From an uncultured Actinomycetota bacterium (GTDB taxonomy: Bacteria > Actinomycetota > Actinomycetes > JAFAQI01): a stretch of DNA of 64,000 nt. The stretch is from the NCBI GenBank assembly GCA_963770565.1, contig CAVYQE010000001.1:1344001-1408000 (forward strand). The letters run 5' to 3'. Under the pieces are notes generated by a model. The model saw nothing but the letters and a program-made list of their open reading frames with translations, was not told the origin of the DNA and did not search any database. Below, one piece after another: positions 34,322-44,372 of this stretch. A program made the position numbers and the translations under genes. Each line of letters begins with the position of its first letter. Position 1 is the stretch's first letter.

Positions 34322-34786
34322 CTAGGGGAGCGCGGTCTTCAGCGCCGCGGCCAGGTCGACCAGGAAGGCGCCCTGGACCTGATAGTGGGTCGGCACCTCG
34401 AGCCGGGCGAAGATCGGCTGGTGCGCGGTGATGCCAGGCCGGATGGCGGTCCAGGTCACGACCTTCTCGCCCGGCTGCTGGTACCAGTTCACCCCGTTGA
34501 CGGCGGTCACCTCGCTCGATGACGCGGAGTAGCCGGCCGGGACCGACACCCCGCAGGTCAGGACGACCGCCGGCGAGCCCCAGGCGTGCACGAGCGGCGA
34601 CCGGGGGCTGATGACCCGGGGTTTCAGCGACTCGAGCCGTTGCGGCAGCACGTTCCCCAGCTGTGCGCAGCGCTCGGCTACCGCTCCGCTGGGCGCGGGT
34701 GGGCGGACCGAGACGGTGTTCTTCGTGCAGCCCGACAGCGCCAGGACGACCGTGGCCGCGATGATGACGGCGGTGGCAGCTCTCAG
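34322..34786 (-). CDS. DUF3515-like lipoprotein
   Basis: AWGSPAVVLTCGV and VNGVNW; frame open upstream through a signal peptide and lipobox LSGC; probable start CTG at 34786. Confidence 0.7.
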   Translation of the reverse strand: MRAATAVIIAATVVLALSGCTKNTVSVRPPAPSGAVAERCAQLGNVLPQRLESLKPRVISPRSPLVHAWGSPAVVLTCGVSVPAGYSASSSEVTAVNGVNWYQQPGEKVVTWTAIRPGITAHQPIFARLEVPTHYQVQGAFLVDLAAALKTALP

Positions 34787-35019
34787 AGGTGGACGACCGG
34801 GCAGGTCAGGGTGCGGGTGATACCGGGCACGGCCTGGACCCTGGCCACGACCAGCTTCCCGAGCTCGTCGACGTTGCGCGCCTCGCTGCGGACGATGACG
34901 TCGTACGGCCCGGTGACGTCCTCGGCCATCGTGACACCCTTGATGTTGGCGATCTCGGTTGCTACCGACGCGGCCTTTCCGACCTCGGTCTGGATCAAGA
35001 TGTAAGCCTGGACGGTCAT
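34783..35019 (-). CDS. Lrp/AsnC ligand-binding-domain protein
   Basis: [31 protein letters not shown]. Confidence 0.92.
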   Translation of the reverse strand: MTVQAYILIQTEVGKAASVATEIANIKGVTMAEDVTGPYDVIVRSEARNVDELGKLVVARVQAVPGITRTLTCPVVHL

Positions 35020-35081
35020 CGGGCGCTCCTCACCTGAGCAGGGCTGGCGCTGGAAGCACCGACGGTATCCGACGGGAGAGG

Positions 35082-36041
35082 GTGGCTGTCATCTCGGTAA
35101 CGGACGAGGGTGAGTTCGCGCTGATCCGGCGGATCATCGCCCGGCTCGGTGCCGGCGGCGACCTCGTGGTCGGCCCCGGCGACGACGCCGCGGTGATCGC
35201 CGCGCCGGACGCCCGCGTGGTCGCAACCACCGACCTGATGGTGGAGGGCCGGCACTTCCGCCGCGAGTGGTCGAGCGCGTACGACGTCGGCCGCAAGGCG
35301 GCCGCGGCGAACCTGGCCGACATCGTGGCGATGGGCGCGCGCCCGACCGCGGTGGTGGTGGGACTGGCGATGCCGGTGGACACCCCGGTCGAGTGGGTCG
35401 ACGGTCTCGCCGACGGCCTGCGGGACGAGTGCGCGCTGGTCGGGGCGGTGGTCGCCGGCGGCGACATCGTCCGCAGCGACACGCTCACGATCGCGGTGAC
35501 CGCGCTCGGCGACCTCGAAGGGCGCGCGCCGATCACCCGGAGCGGCGCGCAGCCGGGCGACCACGTCGTGCTGGCCGGGATGCCGGGCCGGGCCGCCGCC
35601 GGCCTGGCGCTGCTCGAGGCCGGCTACACCGCGGATCCGCTCACCGCGGCCCACCGGCGCCCCGAACCGCCGTACGACGCGGCTCTCGCCCTCGGCACCG
35701 AGGGCGGCGCGACCGCGATGATCGACATCTCCGACGGACTCGTGGCCGACCTCGACCACGTCGCGTCTGCCTCCGCGGTGCGGATCGAGCTCACCGCTGC
35801 ATCGCTTCCGGTCGACTCCGCGGTCGCGGATGCGGCCGCGCGGCTCGGCGTCGATCCGTTCGACTGGATCGCGGGCGGCGGCGACGACCACTGCATCGCG
35901 GCGACCGTCCCTGCAGATGCGACCGTCGACCTGCCGCGGATCGGTGTCGTGGCCGCGCTGTCGACAGGTGAGGGGCCGAGCGTGCACTTCACCGACCGGG
36001 CCCGGCCGGCGGTCGGAGGGCACGAGCACTTCCGTTCGTAG
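35082..36041 (+). CDS. thiL: Thiamine-monophosphate kinase
   Basis: [34 protein letters not shown]. Confidence 0.93.
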   Translation: MAVISVTDEGEFALIRRIIARLGAGGDLVVGPGDDAAVIAAPDARVVATTDLMVEGRHFRREWSSAYDVGRKAAAANLADIVAMGARPTAVVVGLAMPVDTPVEWVDGLADGLRDECALVGAVVAGGDIVRSDTLTIAVTALGDLEGRAPITRSGAQPGDHVVLAGMPGRAAAGLALLEAGYTADPLTAAHRRPEPPYDAALALGTEGGATAMIDISDGLVADLDHVASASAVRIELTAASLPVDSAVADAAARLGVDPFDWIAGGGDDHCIAATVPADATVDLPRIGVVAALSTGEGPSVHFTDRARPAVGGHEHFRS

Positions 36042-36051
36042 GCTGGGTGCC

Positions 36052-36855
36052 ATGCCGGCCGAGACTCCGCCCCGTGTCCTGTCGGTCGCGGGCTCCGACT
36101 CGGGCGGTGGCGCCGGGATCCAGGCCGACCTGAAGACCATGCTCGCGCTCGGCGTACACGGGATGAGCGTCGTGACCGCGGTGACGGCGCAGGACTCGAC
36201 CGGGGTGCACGGCTACTGGGAGCTGCCCGCTGAGGCGGTCGACGCCCAGCTAGCGGCCGTGCTCGACGACATCGGCGTCGACGCGGTCAAGACCGGCATG
36301 CTCGCCTCGCCCGACCTGGTCGCGGTGATCGCCGCCCGGTTGCGGGGGGTTGACGCACCGCTCGTGGTCGACCCGGTGTGCGTGTCGAAGCACGGGGACC
36401 CGCTGCTCGTGCCGGCCGCGGTCGACGCGATCGTGTCCGACCTGCTGCCGATCGCGACCCTCGTGACACCCAACCTGCTCGAGGTGACCCGGCTCACCGG
36501 TCTCGTGGTCGACGACGTAGCGGGACAGCGGCGGGCGGCTGAGGCGTTGCTCGCGCTGGGGTCGCGCTGGGTGCTGGTCAAGGGCGGCCACCTGCCCGGT
36601 GACCCGGTCGACCTGCTCACCGACGGCGACACCGTGCTGGAGCTGACCGGGCCGCGGCTGGACAACCGGCACACCCATGGCACCGGGTGCACCCTGGCGT
36701 CCGCCATCGCGTCCTACCTTGCGCTCGGGCGGAGCATGCCGGACGCGGTCAGGGCCGCGAAGGACTACGTGAGCGGTGCGATTGCCGCCGGATTCGCGCT
36801 CGGTGCCGGGATCGGCCCGGTCGACCATGGCTGGCGCATGCGCGCTAGCGAGTGA
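36052..36855 (+). CDS. thiD: Hydroxymethylpyrimidine/phosphomethylpyrimidine kinase
   Basis: [39 protein letters not shown]. Confidence 0.95.
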   Translation: MPAETPPRVLSVAGSDSGGGAGIQADLKTMLALGVHGMSVVTAVTAQDSTGVHGYWELPAEAVDAQLAAVLDDIGVDAVKTGMLASPDLVAVIAARLRGVDAPLVVDPVCVSKHGDPLLVPAAVDAIVSDLLPIATLVTPNLLEVTRLTGLVVDDVAGQRRAAEALLALGSRWVLVKGGHLPGDPVDLLTDGDTVLELTGPRLDNRHTHGTGCTLASAIASYLALGRSMPDAVRAAKDYVSGAIAAGFALGAGIGPVDHGWRMRASE

Positions 36856-37033
36856 CTTTGCCCGCCTTCAGGCAGCCGGTGCAGACGTTGAGCCGCTTGC
36901 GGGTGCCGCGACCGACGATGGCCCGGACCGGCTGGATGTTGGGGTTGAAGCGGCGGCGGGTGCGCCGGTGCGAGTGCGACACGCTCATGCCGAACCCGGG
37001 ACCCTTGCCACACACATCACAGACGGAAGCCAC
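36845..37033 (-). CDS. rpmB: 50S ribosomal protein L28
   Basis: [33 protein letters not shown]. Confidence 0.96.
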   Translation of the reverse strand: MASVCDVCGKGPGFGMSVSHSHRRTRRRFNPNIQPVRAIVGRGTRKRLNVCTGCLKAGKVTR

Positions 37034-37127
37034 GGCGACAGGGTAGCCCGGGCCGCGGGCCGGACTCAAAACGCGGCGGGCGCTCGCGGGGGCTGTCGGT
37101 CAACCGTCCTACGCTGCCGCGGGGAGG

Positions 37128-39308
37128 TTGAGGTTGGTGGATCAGGCCGCGCCGCTGAAGGCACTGGTCGGGGGCAGGACCGCGGCCGCGCTGCAGAAGG
37201 CGTTCGGGCACCAGAGCGCCGGCGACCTGCTGCGGCACTACCCGCGGCGATACGCCGAACGATCCGTCCTGAGCCCGCTCGCCGAGTTGCGCGAGGACGA
37301 GTACGTCACCGTCATGGCGCAGATCGACAAGGTTGATGTGCGCCCGATGCGCCAGCGCAAGGGCACGTTGCTCGAAGTCTGGCTCGGCGACGGCAAGGGC
37401 AAGCTGAAGCTCACGTTCTTCAACCAGGCCTGGCGGGCGAAGGAGCTGGTCGAGGGCCGCCGCGGGCTGTTCGCCGGCAAGGTCAGCTCGTTCAACAACG
37501 TCCGCCAGCTCACCCACCCCGACTACCAGCTGCTCGACGACGGCGACGAGACGTCGGTCGACCAGGTTCTGCTGAGCGGCTTGATCCCGGTCTATCCGGC
37601 GACCGCCGCGCTCACCTCGTGGAATATCGCAAAAGCGGTCCAGACCGCGCTCGACTCGGTCGACCTCGACGTCGACCCATTGCCGGCCACACTGCGCGAC
37701 GAGCACGACCTGGTCGGGCTCGGGCAGGCGCTGCGCTGGATCCATCGACCCGACACCCGCGCACAGGTCGCGCGGGCGGAAGCCCGGCTGAGGTACGACG
37801 AGGCTTTCCTGTTGCAGATCGTGCTCGCCCAGCGGCGCAACCTGGCCGCGCTCGAGCCGGCGACGCCGCGGGCGGCCCGGCCCGGCGGGTTGCTGGAGGC
37901 CTTCGATGCCCGGCTGCCCTTCACCCTGACCGCCGGCCAGCAGGAGGTCGGCGCACAGCTGATGGCGGACCTGGCCCGTCCGGTGCCGATGCACCGGCTG
38001 CTGCAGGGCGAGGTCGGCTCCGGCAAGACCGTGGTCGCACTGCGCGCGATGCTCGCGGTGGTGGACTCCGGCGGCCAGGCGGTCCTGCTCGCCCCGACCG
38101 AGGTGCTCGCGCAACAACATGCCCGCTCGATCGACGCGTTGCTCGGCCCGCTCGGCCGGCAGGGCGAGCTGGGTGCGGCCGACCAGGCCACCCGGGTCGC
38201 CCTCGTCACCGGGTCGATGAGCGCCCCGGCCCGGCGCCAGGCGTTGCTCGACATCGGGGTCGGGGATGCCGGCATCGTGGTCGGCACGCACGCGCTGCTG
38301 GAAAACACCGTGCAGTTCTTCGATCTCGGGTTGGTCGTGGTCGACGAGCAGCACCGGTTCGGGGTGGAGCAGCGAGATGCGTTGCGGAGCAAGGGATCGA
38401 CGCCCCCGCACGTGCTCGTGATGACCGCGACGCCGATCCCGCGCACGGTCGCGATGACGGTTTACGGCGACCTCGAGACCTCGACCCTCACCGAGCTGCC
38501 GGTCGGCCGGCAGCCGATCTCGACCACGGTCGTGCCGACCTCGGACAAGCCGGGCTGGCTCGACCGGGTCTGGGCGCGCGCCCGCGAGGAGGTCGAGAGC
38601 GGCCGCCAGGTCTACGTCGTCTGCCCACGGATCGATGCCGATCAGCGCGAGGACGACGACCCGGTGATCGAGCCCGACGCCGGAGACTCCTGGCGACGCG
38701 CGGCTTCGGTCGAGGACTGGGCGCCGCAACTGGTCGCCGGGCCGCTGGCCGGTCTGCGGGTCGAGGTGCTGCACGGCCGGCTGGCGCCGGAGGTGAAGGA
38801 CGAGGTGATGCGGCGGTTCGCCGCCGGCGGGATCGACGTACTGGTCGCGACGACGGTGATCGAGGTGGGGGTCGACGTCGCGAACGCCACGACGATGGTG
38901 GTGCTGGACGCCGAGCGGTTCGGAATCTCCCAGCTGCACCAGCTCCGGGGGCGGATCGGCCGGGGCGAGCACCCGGGGGTCTGCCTGCTGGTGACCTCGG
39001 CGGAGGCCGGCACGCCTGCGCGGGAACGGCTCGACGGCGTAGCCAAGACAGTCGACGGGTTCGAGCTGGCCCGGCTCGACCTCGAGCAACGGCGGGAAGG
39101 GGACGTCCTGGGCGAGACCCAGTCGGGTCGCCGATCGCACCTGAAGCTGCTCCGCCTGCTCCGCGACGAGGCGGTGATCGAGCAGGCCCGCGACGATGCC
39201 CGCCTGCTCGTCGGCGCCGATCCGTTGCTGTCGAAGCACCCGGGCCTCGCGGCGGCAGTCGCCGCGCTGGTCGACGACGAGCGCGCGGACTACCTGGAAA
39301 AGACATGA
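37128..39308 (+). CDS. recG: ATP-dependent DNA helicase RecG
   Basis: GEVGSGKT, PTEVLA, DEQHRFG, TATPIPRT, TTVIEVGVD, HQLRGRIGR. Confidence 0.96.
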   Translation: MRLVDQAAPLKALVGGRTAAALQKAFGHQSAGDLLRHYPRRYAERSVLSPLAELREDEYVTVMAQIDKVDVRPMRQRKGTLLEVWLGDGKGKLKLTFFNQAWRAKELVEGRRGLFAGKVSSFNNVRQLTHPDYQLLDDGDETSVDQVLLSGLIPVYPATAALTSWNIAKAVQTALDSVDLDVDPLPATLRDEHDLVGLGQALRWIHRPDTRAQVARAEARLRYDEAFLLQIVLAQRRNLAALEPATPRAARPGGLLEAFDARLPFTLTAGQQEVGAQLMADLARPVPMHRLLQGEVGSGKTVVALRAMLAVVDSGGQAVLLAPTEVLAQQHARSIDALLGPLGRQGELGAADQATRVALVTGSMSAPARRQALLDIGVGDAGIVVGTHALLENTVQFFDLGLVVVDEQHRFGVEQRDALRSKGSTPPHVLVMTATPIPRTVAMTVYGDLETSTLTELPVGRQPISTTVVPTSDKPGWLDRVWARAREEVESGRQVYVVCPRIDADQREDDDPVIEPDAGDSWRRAASVEDWAPQLVAGPLAGLRVEVLHGRLAPEVKDEVMRRFAAGGIDVLVATTVIEVGVDVANATTMVVLDAERFGISQLHQLRGRIGRGEHPGVCLLVTSAEAGTPARERLDGVAKTVDGFELARLDLEQRREGDVLGETQSGRRSHLKLLRLLRDEAVIEQARDDARLLVGADPLLSKHPGLAAAVAALVDDERADYLEKT

Positions 39309-39856
39309 GCCGGGTGATCGCCGGTACCGCGGGCGGGCGCCGGCTCGTCACGCCAGCCGGGCCGGCCACCCGGCCGACCACGGATCGCGCCCGCGAGGGG
39401 CTGTTCTCGACCCTGACCTCGCTGCGCGGGTCGCTGGCCGGCGCCGGTTTCCTCGACCTGTACGCCGGCTCGGGCGCGGTCGGGCTCGAGGCGGCCAGCC
39501 GGGGCGCGACCGAGGTGGTGCTGGTCGAGCGCGACCCGCGCGCGCTGCAGGCGTTGCGGGCCAACGTCGAGACGCTGGCCCTGCCCGGGGTCGAGATCCG
39601 CGGCGAGCCGGTCGATCGGGTCCTCGCCCACCCGGCGAGCCGGGGCTTCGACGTGGTGTTCGTCGACCCGCCGTACGCCGATCCGGTCGAGCCGGTGCTC
39701 GAGGCCTTGCTGGCGGGCGGCTGGGTAGCAGCCGGCGGCGTCGTCGCGGTCGAGCGGGCCACCCGCGGCGCCGAGCCGGCCTGGCCGGCCGGGCTCGAGG
39801 CGCTGCGGTCGAGGCGATATGGCGAAGCGACCCTCTGGTACGGTCGCCGACCATGA
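39305..39856 (+). CDS. rsmD: 16S rRNA m2G966 methyltransferase
   Basis: RVIAG, TRPTTDR, DLYAGSG, DPPY, YG. Confidence 0.93.
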   Translation: MSRVIAGTAGGRRLVTPAGPATRPTTDRAREGLFSTLTSLRGSLAGAGFLDLYAGSGAVGLEAASRGATEVVLVERDPRALQALRANVETLALPGVEIRGEPVDRVLAHPASRGFDVVFVDPPYADPVEPVLEALLAGGWVAAGGVVAVERATRGAEPAWPAGLEALRSRRYGEATLWYGRRP

Positions 39857-40329
39857 GGCGGGCGGCTTGTCCAGGCTCGTTCGACCCGATCACGAACGGC
39901 CATCTCGACGTCATCGAGCGGACCAGCAGGCTGTTCGACGAGGTCGTGGTCGCGGTCGGCGTCAACGTGTCGAAGAACCGCTTCTTCGAGCCCGGCGAGC
40001 GGGTCGACATGATCCGCGAGGCGACCGGGCACCTGCCCAACGTCTCGGTCGACACCTTCGAGGGCCTGATCGTGGAGTTCTGCACCTCCCGCGGGATCCA
40101 GGCCATCGTCAAGGGCCTGCGCGCCGTCAGCGACTTCGACTACGAGCTCCAGATGGGGCAGATGAACCGGTCGCTCGCCGACATCGACACGTTGTTCATG
40201 CCGACCCACCCGCATTACAGTTTCTTGTCGTCAAGCCTCGTGCGAGAGGTCGCGACGTACGGCGGGGACATCTCGGGCCTGGTGCCCGAGCCGGTGCTTC
40301 GCCGGTTGCGGGAGCGGCTCGGGGGCTAG
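39853..40329 (+). CDS. coaD: Phosphopantetheine adenylyltransferase
   Basis: PGSFDPITNGHLD, KGLR, DFDYE, SSS. Confidence 0.97.
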   Translation: MRRAACPGSFDPITNGHLDVIERTSRLFDEVVVAVGVNVSKNRFFEPGERVDMIREATGHLPNVSVDTFEGLIVEFCTSRGIQAIVKGLRAVSDFDYELQMGQMNRSLADIDTLFMPTHPHYSFLSSSLVREVATYGGDISGLVPEPVLRRLRERLGG

Positions 40330-40364
40330 CGCTTTCGCGGGCATACGACGGGAAAGGGCGCTTG

Positions 40365-40865
40365 GTGGACATCTCCGCACAACTCGACGAGCTCGCCGCA
40401 CTGATCGAGGCGGCTCGGGCCATGCCGATGTCGGCATCGTGCATCGTCAACCGGGCCGAGGTGCTCGAGGCGATCGAGGCCCTGCGGGCGTCGCTGCCGG
40501 ACGAGCTGACCGTCGCCAGGGGCCTGCTCGACGAGCAGGCCGCCGTGGTTGAGGAAGGCCGGGTCGAGGCGGCCCGGATCATCGACGAGGCGGTGGCCGA
40601 GCGCGACAAGCTCGTTGCCCGCACCACGGTGGTGAAGGAGGCGGCTCGCGAGGCGCAGCGCCGGATCGACGCCGCGCAGGCCGAGACCGACCGGATGCGC
40701 CTGGAGGTCGACGACTACGTCGATGCCAAGTTGGCCAACTTCGAGATCATCTTGCGCAAGACCCTCGGGGCGGTCGAGCACGGCCGCGACAAGATCAGCG
40801 GCCGGATCGACGAGCTCGAGGCGCTGACCGACGCCCCCGGCGAAGTCGAGCCGCTGCCGAGCTGA
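40365..40865 (+). CDS. SepIVA/DivIVA-like coiled-coil protein
   Basis: ARAMPMSASCIVNR, DDYVDAKLANFE; position between coaD and yceD. Confidence 0.8.
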   Translation: MDISAQLDELAALIEAARAMPMSASCIVNRAEVLEAIEALRASLPDELTVARGLLDEQAAVVEEGRVEAARIIDEAVAERDKLVARTTVVKEAAREAQRRIDAAQAETDRMRLEVDDYVDAKLANFEIILRKTLGAVEHGRDKISGRIDELEALTDAPGEVEPLPS

Positions 40866-40930
40866 CCGCCTCCGGTAGGCTGGATTAGCGGCACACGCGC
40901 CGCCTACCCCAGATCGTGAGACTCCTCGTC

Positions 40931-41536
40931 ATGCCCGCCCGTCACCCCGCACCCGCGGACCCCCGGTCGTCGTTCGTGATCGACACCCGCGAGCTCGGTC
41001 GCCGCCCCGGCTCGATGCGCGAACTGCGTCGTGAGTTCGCCGCGCCCGCGGGTTGGGGCCTCGAGCTGGTCCGGGTGCCGCCCGGCGGCCCGGTCGAGCT
41101 CGACCTGCGGCTCGAGTCCGTGGTGGAGGGCGTCTGGGTCTCGGCCGAGCTGCACGCTCCGCTCGAGGCCGAGTGCGGCCGCTGCCTGGAGCCGGTGAGC
41201 GCCAAGATCGACCTTCCGGTGGCGGAGCTGTTCGTCTACGAGCCAGAGCCCGACGACGACGAGGTGCCGGTTCTCGACGGCGACCTGATCGACCTCGAGC
41301 CGATCCTGCGGGATGCCGTCGTACTCGCGCTGCCGCTCAACCCGGTCTGCGCCGAGGACTGCGCCGGGCTGTGCCCCCGCTGCGGGGCCCGCCGATCCGA
41401 GGTTGGGCCCGATCATGCGCACGACGACCTTGACCAGCGCTGGGCGGCGCTTGCACCCTTGCAGGACAGCTCTGCGGAATCAGCAAGAATGGACCCGGCC
41501 GGCACACAGTCCGGCGACAACCCTGAGGAGCACTGA
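40931..41536 (+). CDS. yceD: YceD/DUF177 metal-binding protein
   Basis: [29 protein letters not shown]. Confidence 0.9.
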   Translation: MPARHPAPADPRSSFVIDTRELGRRPGSMRELRREFAAPAGWGLELVRVPPGGPVELDLRLESVVEGVWVSAELHAPLEAECGRCLEPVSAKIDLPVAELFVYEPEPDDDEVPVLDGDLIDLEPILRDAVVLALPLNPVCAEDCAGLCPRCGARRSEVGPDHAHDDLDQRWAALAPLQDSSAESARMDPAGTQSGDNPEEH

Positions 41537-41538
41537 CC

Positions 41539-41712
41539 GTGGCCGTTCCCAAGCGCCGAATGTCGCGCAGCAACACGCGTTCGCGCCGTGCGCAGTGGAA
41601 GGCCACCGCGCCGACCCTCGTCGACTGCCCGCGCTGCCGGCAACCCAAGCTGCCGCACGTGGCCTGCACGGTGTGCGGCACGTACAACGACCGCCAGGTA
41701 GTCAAGGTCTGA
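41539..41712 (+). CDS. rpmF: 50S ribosomal protein L32
   Basis: Manual translation [20 protein letters not shown]...CPRC...[10 protein letters not shown]; absent from the ORF track (57 aa). Confidence 0.96.
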   Translation: MAVPKRRMSRSNTRSRRAQWKATAPTLVDCPRCRQPKLPHVACTVCGTYNDRQVVKV

Positions 41713-41722
41713 CGGCGCGCAG

Positions 41723-42007
41723 GTGTCCGCTGGGTTCGACGCGCTCGACGCGGTCCGCACCGCGGTTGCGATCGTGTGCCAGGTCGAGCCCGGCCCCTTG
41801 AACGCGTCGACCCGCTTCGATGCCGTCGGCGCCGACTCTCTAGCGCGGATCAGCATCGCCGACCTGGTCGAGGCGCGGGTTGCCGCGGCCGGTGGCGAGT
41901 TGTTCCTCGACGACGCCGGGTTGTGCCGGATGGCGTCGCTCGGCGACCTGGTGGCCGACATCGAGTCGCGGCTGGCAACCCACGACGGCGTGGCGGTGGC
42001 CTCGTGA
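41723..42007 (+). CDS. Acyl carrier protein-like
   Basis: 94 aa, acidic; FDAVGADSL phosphopantetheine-attachment motif; SLGDLV C-terminal helix. Confidence 0.75.
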   Translation: MSAGFDALDAVRTAVAIVCQVEPGPLNASTRFDAVGADSLARISIADLVEARVAAAGGELFLDDAGLCRMASLGDLVADIESRLATHDGVAVAS

Positions 42008-42017
42008 CCTCGCCGTC

Positions 42018-42764
42018 GTGACCGAGCGCACCACCGACGACGCCGCCGATGTCAGCGGCCTGATCGAGTCGTTGGGCGGCTCGGTCGACCGCGCGATGAT
42101 CGAGTTGGCGATGACTCATCGTTCGTACGCCTATGAAAACGGCGGTCTGCCCACCAACGAGCGGTTGGAGTTCCTCGGCGACGCGGTGCTCGGCGTGATC
42201 ATCACCGAGGAGCTCTTCCGCCGCCATGCCGACCTGCCTGAGGGGCAGCTGGCGAAGCTGCGGGCCGCGATCGTCAACTCCCGCGCCCTTGCGGTGGTGG
42301 GCCGGACCATCGAGGTCGGCCGGTTCGTCCGGCTCGGCCGGGGCGAGCAGGCCAGCGGCGGCCGCGAGAAGGCCTCGATCGTCGCGGACGCGGTCGAGGC
42401 ACTGATCGGCGCCTACTACCTCGACCGCGGCACCGAGGCGACCCGGGCGCTGGTCCTGCGGTTGTTCGCCAACGCCCTCGACGATGCCGCCAACCTCGGC
42501 GCCGGCCTCGACTGGAAGACCTCGCTCCAGGAGCTTGCCGCCGAGCGGACCCTGGGATCTCCCGAGTACGTCGTCCAGGAAAGCGGTCCGGACCATCAGA
42601 AGGCCTTCCACGCCAAGGTGGTGGTCGATGGCGCGGAGGTCGGCGAAGGCCGGGGCAACAGCAAGAAGCAGGCCGAGCAGCTGGCCGCCGAGCAGGCCTG
42701 GAACGCCCTGTCCGCCCAGGACCGAAACGCGCGGTCGGCCGAGGATCCCGAGGCGGATGCCTGA
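42018..42764 (+). CDS. rnc: Ribonuclease III
   Basis: [41 protein letters not shown]. Confidence 0.97.
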   Translation: MTERTTDDAADVSGLIESLGGSVDRAMIELAMTHRSYAYENGGLPTNERLEFLGDAVLGVIITEELFRRHADLPEGQLAKLRAAIVNSRALAVVGRTIEVGRFVRLGRGEQASGGREKASIVADAVEALIGAYYLDRGTEATRALVLRLFANALDDAANLGAGLDWKTSLQELAAERTLGSPEYVVQESGPDHQKAFHAKVVVDGAEVGEGRGNSKKQAEQLAAEQAWNALSAQDRNARSAEDPEADA

Positions 42765-43617
42765 GCTTCCCGAGGTAGAGACAGTCCGGCTCGGTCTCGA
42801 ACGCTGGGTCGTCGGCCGCCGGATCGCGGGTGTCGAGGTGTTCGGGGCGCGGACCCTGCGCCGCTATCCGCCGGGCGCGGAGGAGTTCGCGGCCCGGCTG
42901 GTCGGGCGTCGGGTGGTCGCGGCCCGGCGGCGCGGCAAGTACCTGTGGCTGCCGCTCGACGACGGCACCGCAGTGCTCGCGCACCTCGGGATGTCTGGAC
43001 AGTTCCTCGCGGTCCCACCCGACGATCCGGTCGGCGCGCATCTGAGGGCCCGGTTCCGTTTCGACGACGACGGGCTCGAGTTGCGCTTCCTGGACCAGCG
43101 CACGTTCGGCGGGCTCGCATTTGCCGACGGCCTGGGTCCGGACGGCGTTCCGCCCGCCTTCGCGCACGTCGCGCCGGACCCGTTCGAGGCCGCCTTCGAC
43201 CCGGTGGTGTTCTCCGCCGCCTTGCGGCGGCGTCGGACCGGGGTGAAGCGCGCCCTGCTCGACCAGACCCTGATCTCCGGGGTCGGCAACATCTACGCCG
43301 ACGAGGCGCTGTGGCGGGCGCAGCTGCACTACGCCCGGGCCACCGACCGGCTCCGCCGCCCGGACGTCGATCGGCTGCTGGCCGCGGTCCAGGGCGTGAT
43401 GCGGGCGGCGATCGACGCGGGCGGTACGTCGTTCGATGCGCTCTACGTTGCGGTCAATGGCGAAAGCGGCTGGTTCGACCGCTCGCTCGAGGTCTACGGG
43501 CGCGAGGGCGAGCCCTGCTCGCGGTGCGGCACCCCGATCGTGCGCAGCCAGTTCATGAACCGGTCGTCGTACTTCTGCCCGCGCTGCCAGCGCCGGCCCC
43601 GCGACGGCCGATGGTGA
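42757..43617 (+). CDS. mutM: Formamidopyrimidine-DNA glycosylase
   Basis: PELPEVE, RRGKY, HLGMSG, GNIYADE, C-terminal Zn finger. Confidence 0.97.
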   Translation: MPELPEVETVRLGLERWVVGRRIAGVEVFGARTLRRYPPGAEEFAARLVGRRVVAARRRGKYLWLPLDDGTAVLAHLGMSGQFLAVPPDDPVGAHLRARFRFDDDGLELRFLDQRTFGGLAFADGLGPDGVPPAFAHVAPDPFEAAFDPVVFSAALRRRRTGVKRALLDQTLISGVGNIYADEALWRAQLHYARATDRLRRPDVDRLLAAVQGVMRAAIDAGGTSFDALYVAVNGESGWFDRSLEVYGREGEPCSRCGTPIVRSQFMNRSSYFCPRCQRRPRDGRW

Positions 43618-43889
43618 GCGAGGTTCGACTCACCGCGTGGATGCACGGCCGGGTGCAAGGCGTCGGGATGCGCTGGTGGGTCCGCTCGCGGGCCCTCGAG
43701 CTGGGGGTGGCGGGCTGGGCCCGGAACCTGCCCGACGGCCGGGTCGAGGTTGTGGCAGAAGGGGCCGATGAGGCCTGCCGGACGATGCTGGCGCTCCTGC
43801 GCGATCCGGGTGCGCCGGGGCGGGTCGACCGCGTCATCGAGCGCTGGTCGCAGGCTCAAGGGATCGCCCCCGGTTTCGTCGAACGATGA
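43611..43889 (+). CDS. acyP: Acylphosphatase
   Basis: [21 protein letters not shown]. Confidence 0.92.
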   Translation: MVSEVRLTAWMHGRVQGVGMRWWVRSRALELGVAGWARNLPDGRVEVVAEGADEACRTMLALLRDPGAPGRVDRVIERWSQAQGIAPGFVER

Positions 43890-43902
43890 CCCTTGTGGTC
43901 CC

Positions 43903-43931
43903 TTGACCCGCCCCCAGGAGGGGTTCACACT
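43903..43931 (+). promoter_or_regulatory. sigmaA-type promoter
   Basis: TTGACC-17-CACACT. Confidence 0.6.
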
Positions 43932-44056
43932 GGAACGGACCGCGACGCGGGACCTTGCGCGGATTTGAACTCGAACCGCAACCCGGTTCCCACACCGTCG
44001 GGGGATGCCCTCACCAGGGTGTTCGCGACACGTCCTCAACTGGAGGATCGGCAACG

Positions 44057-44275
44057 ATGGCGAAGGCTCTACTCGGTCATGTTGGGAATGATCTCGACGT
44101 TCGGGTGGTGTCCGAGCTGCGGCGGCTGCGAAATCGCGTCCGTGAGCTCGAGCACGAGGTGGCACGTCTGGAAGCCGCCAACAAGGCGCTGTCGAGCGGT
44201 TTGGTGCTCGACGACGACATGCTGACCCTCTCGGTTCACGAGCCGGTCAGCGAGCGGGAGCCCGCTCTTACGTAA
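44057..44275 (+). CDS. Small coiled-coil protein upstream of smc
   Basis: MAKALLGHVG...ELRRLRNRVRELEHEVARLE; strong RBS GGAGG. Confidence 0.8.
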   Translation: MAKALLGHVGNDLDVRVVSELRRLRNRVRELEHEVARLEAANKALSSGLVLDDDMLTLSVHEPVSEREPALT

Positions 44276-44372
44276 CACGCGGCGCCGGGTGCCGGTGCTG
44301 CGCAACGTGGTCGGCTAACGTGGCGACCGACCTTCCCCACCCGTCGCCGACACGTTCCCTGGAGCCCTGCGG

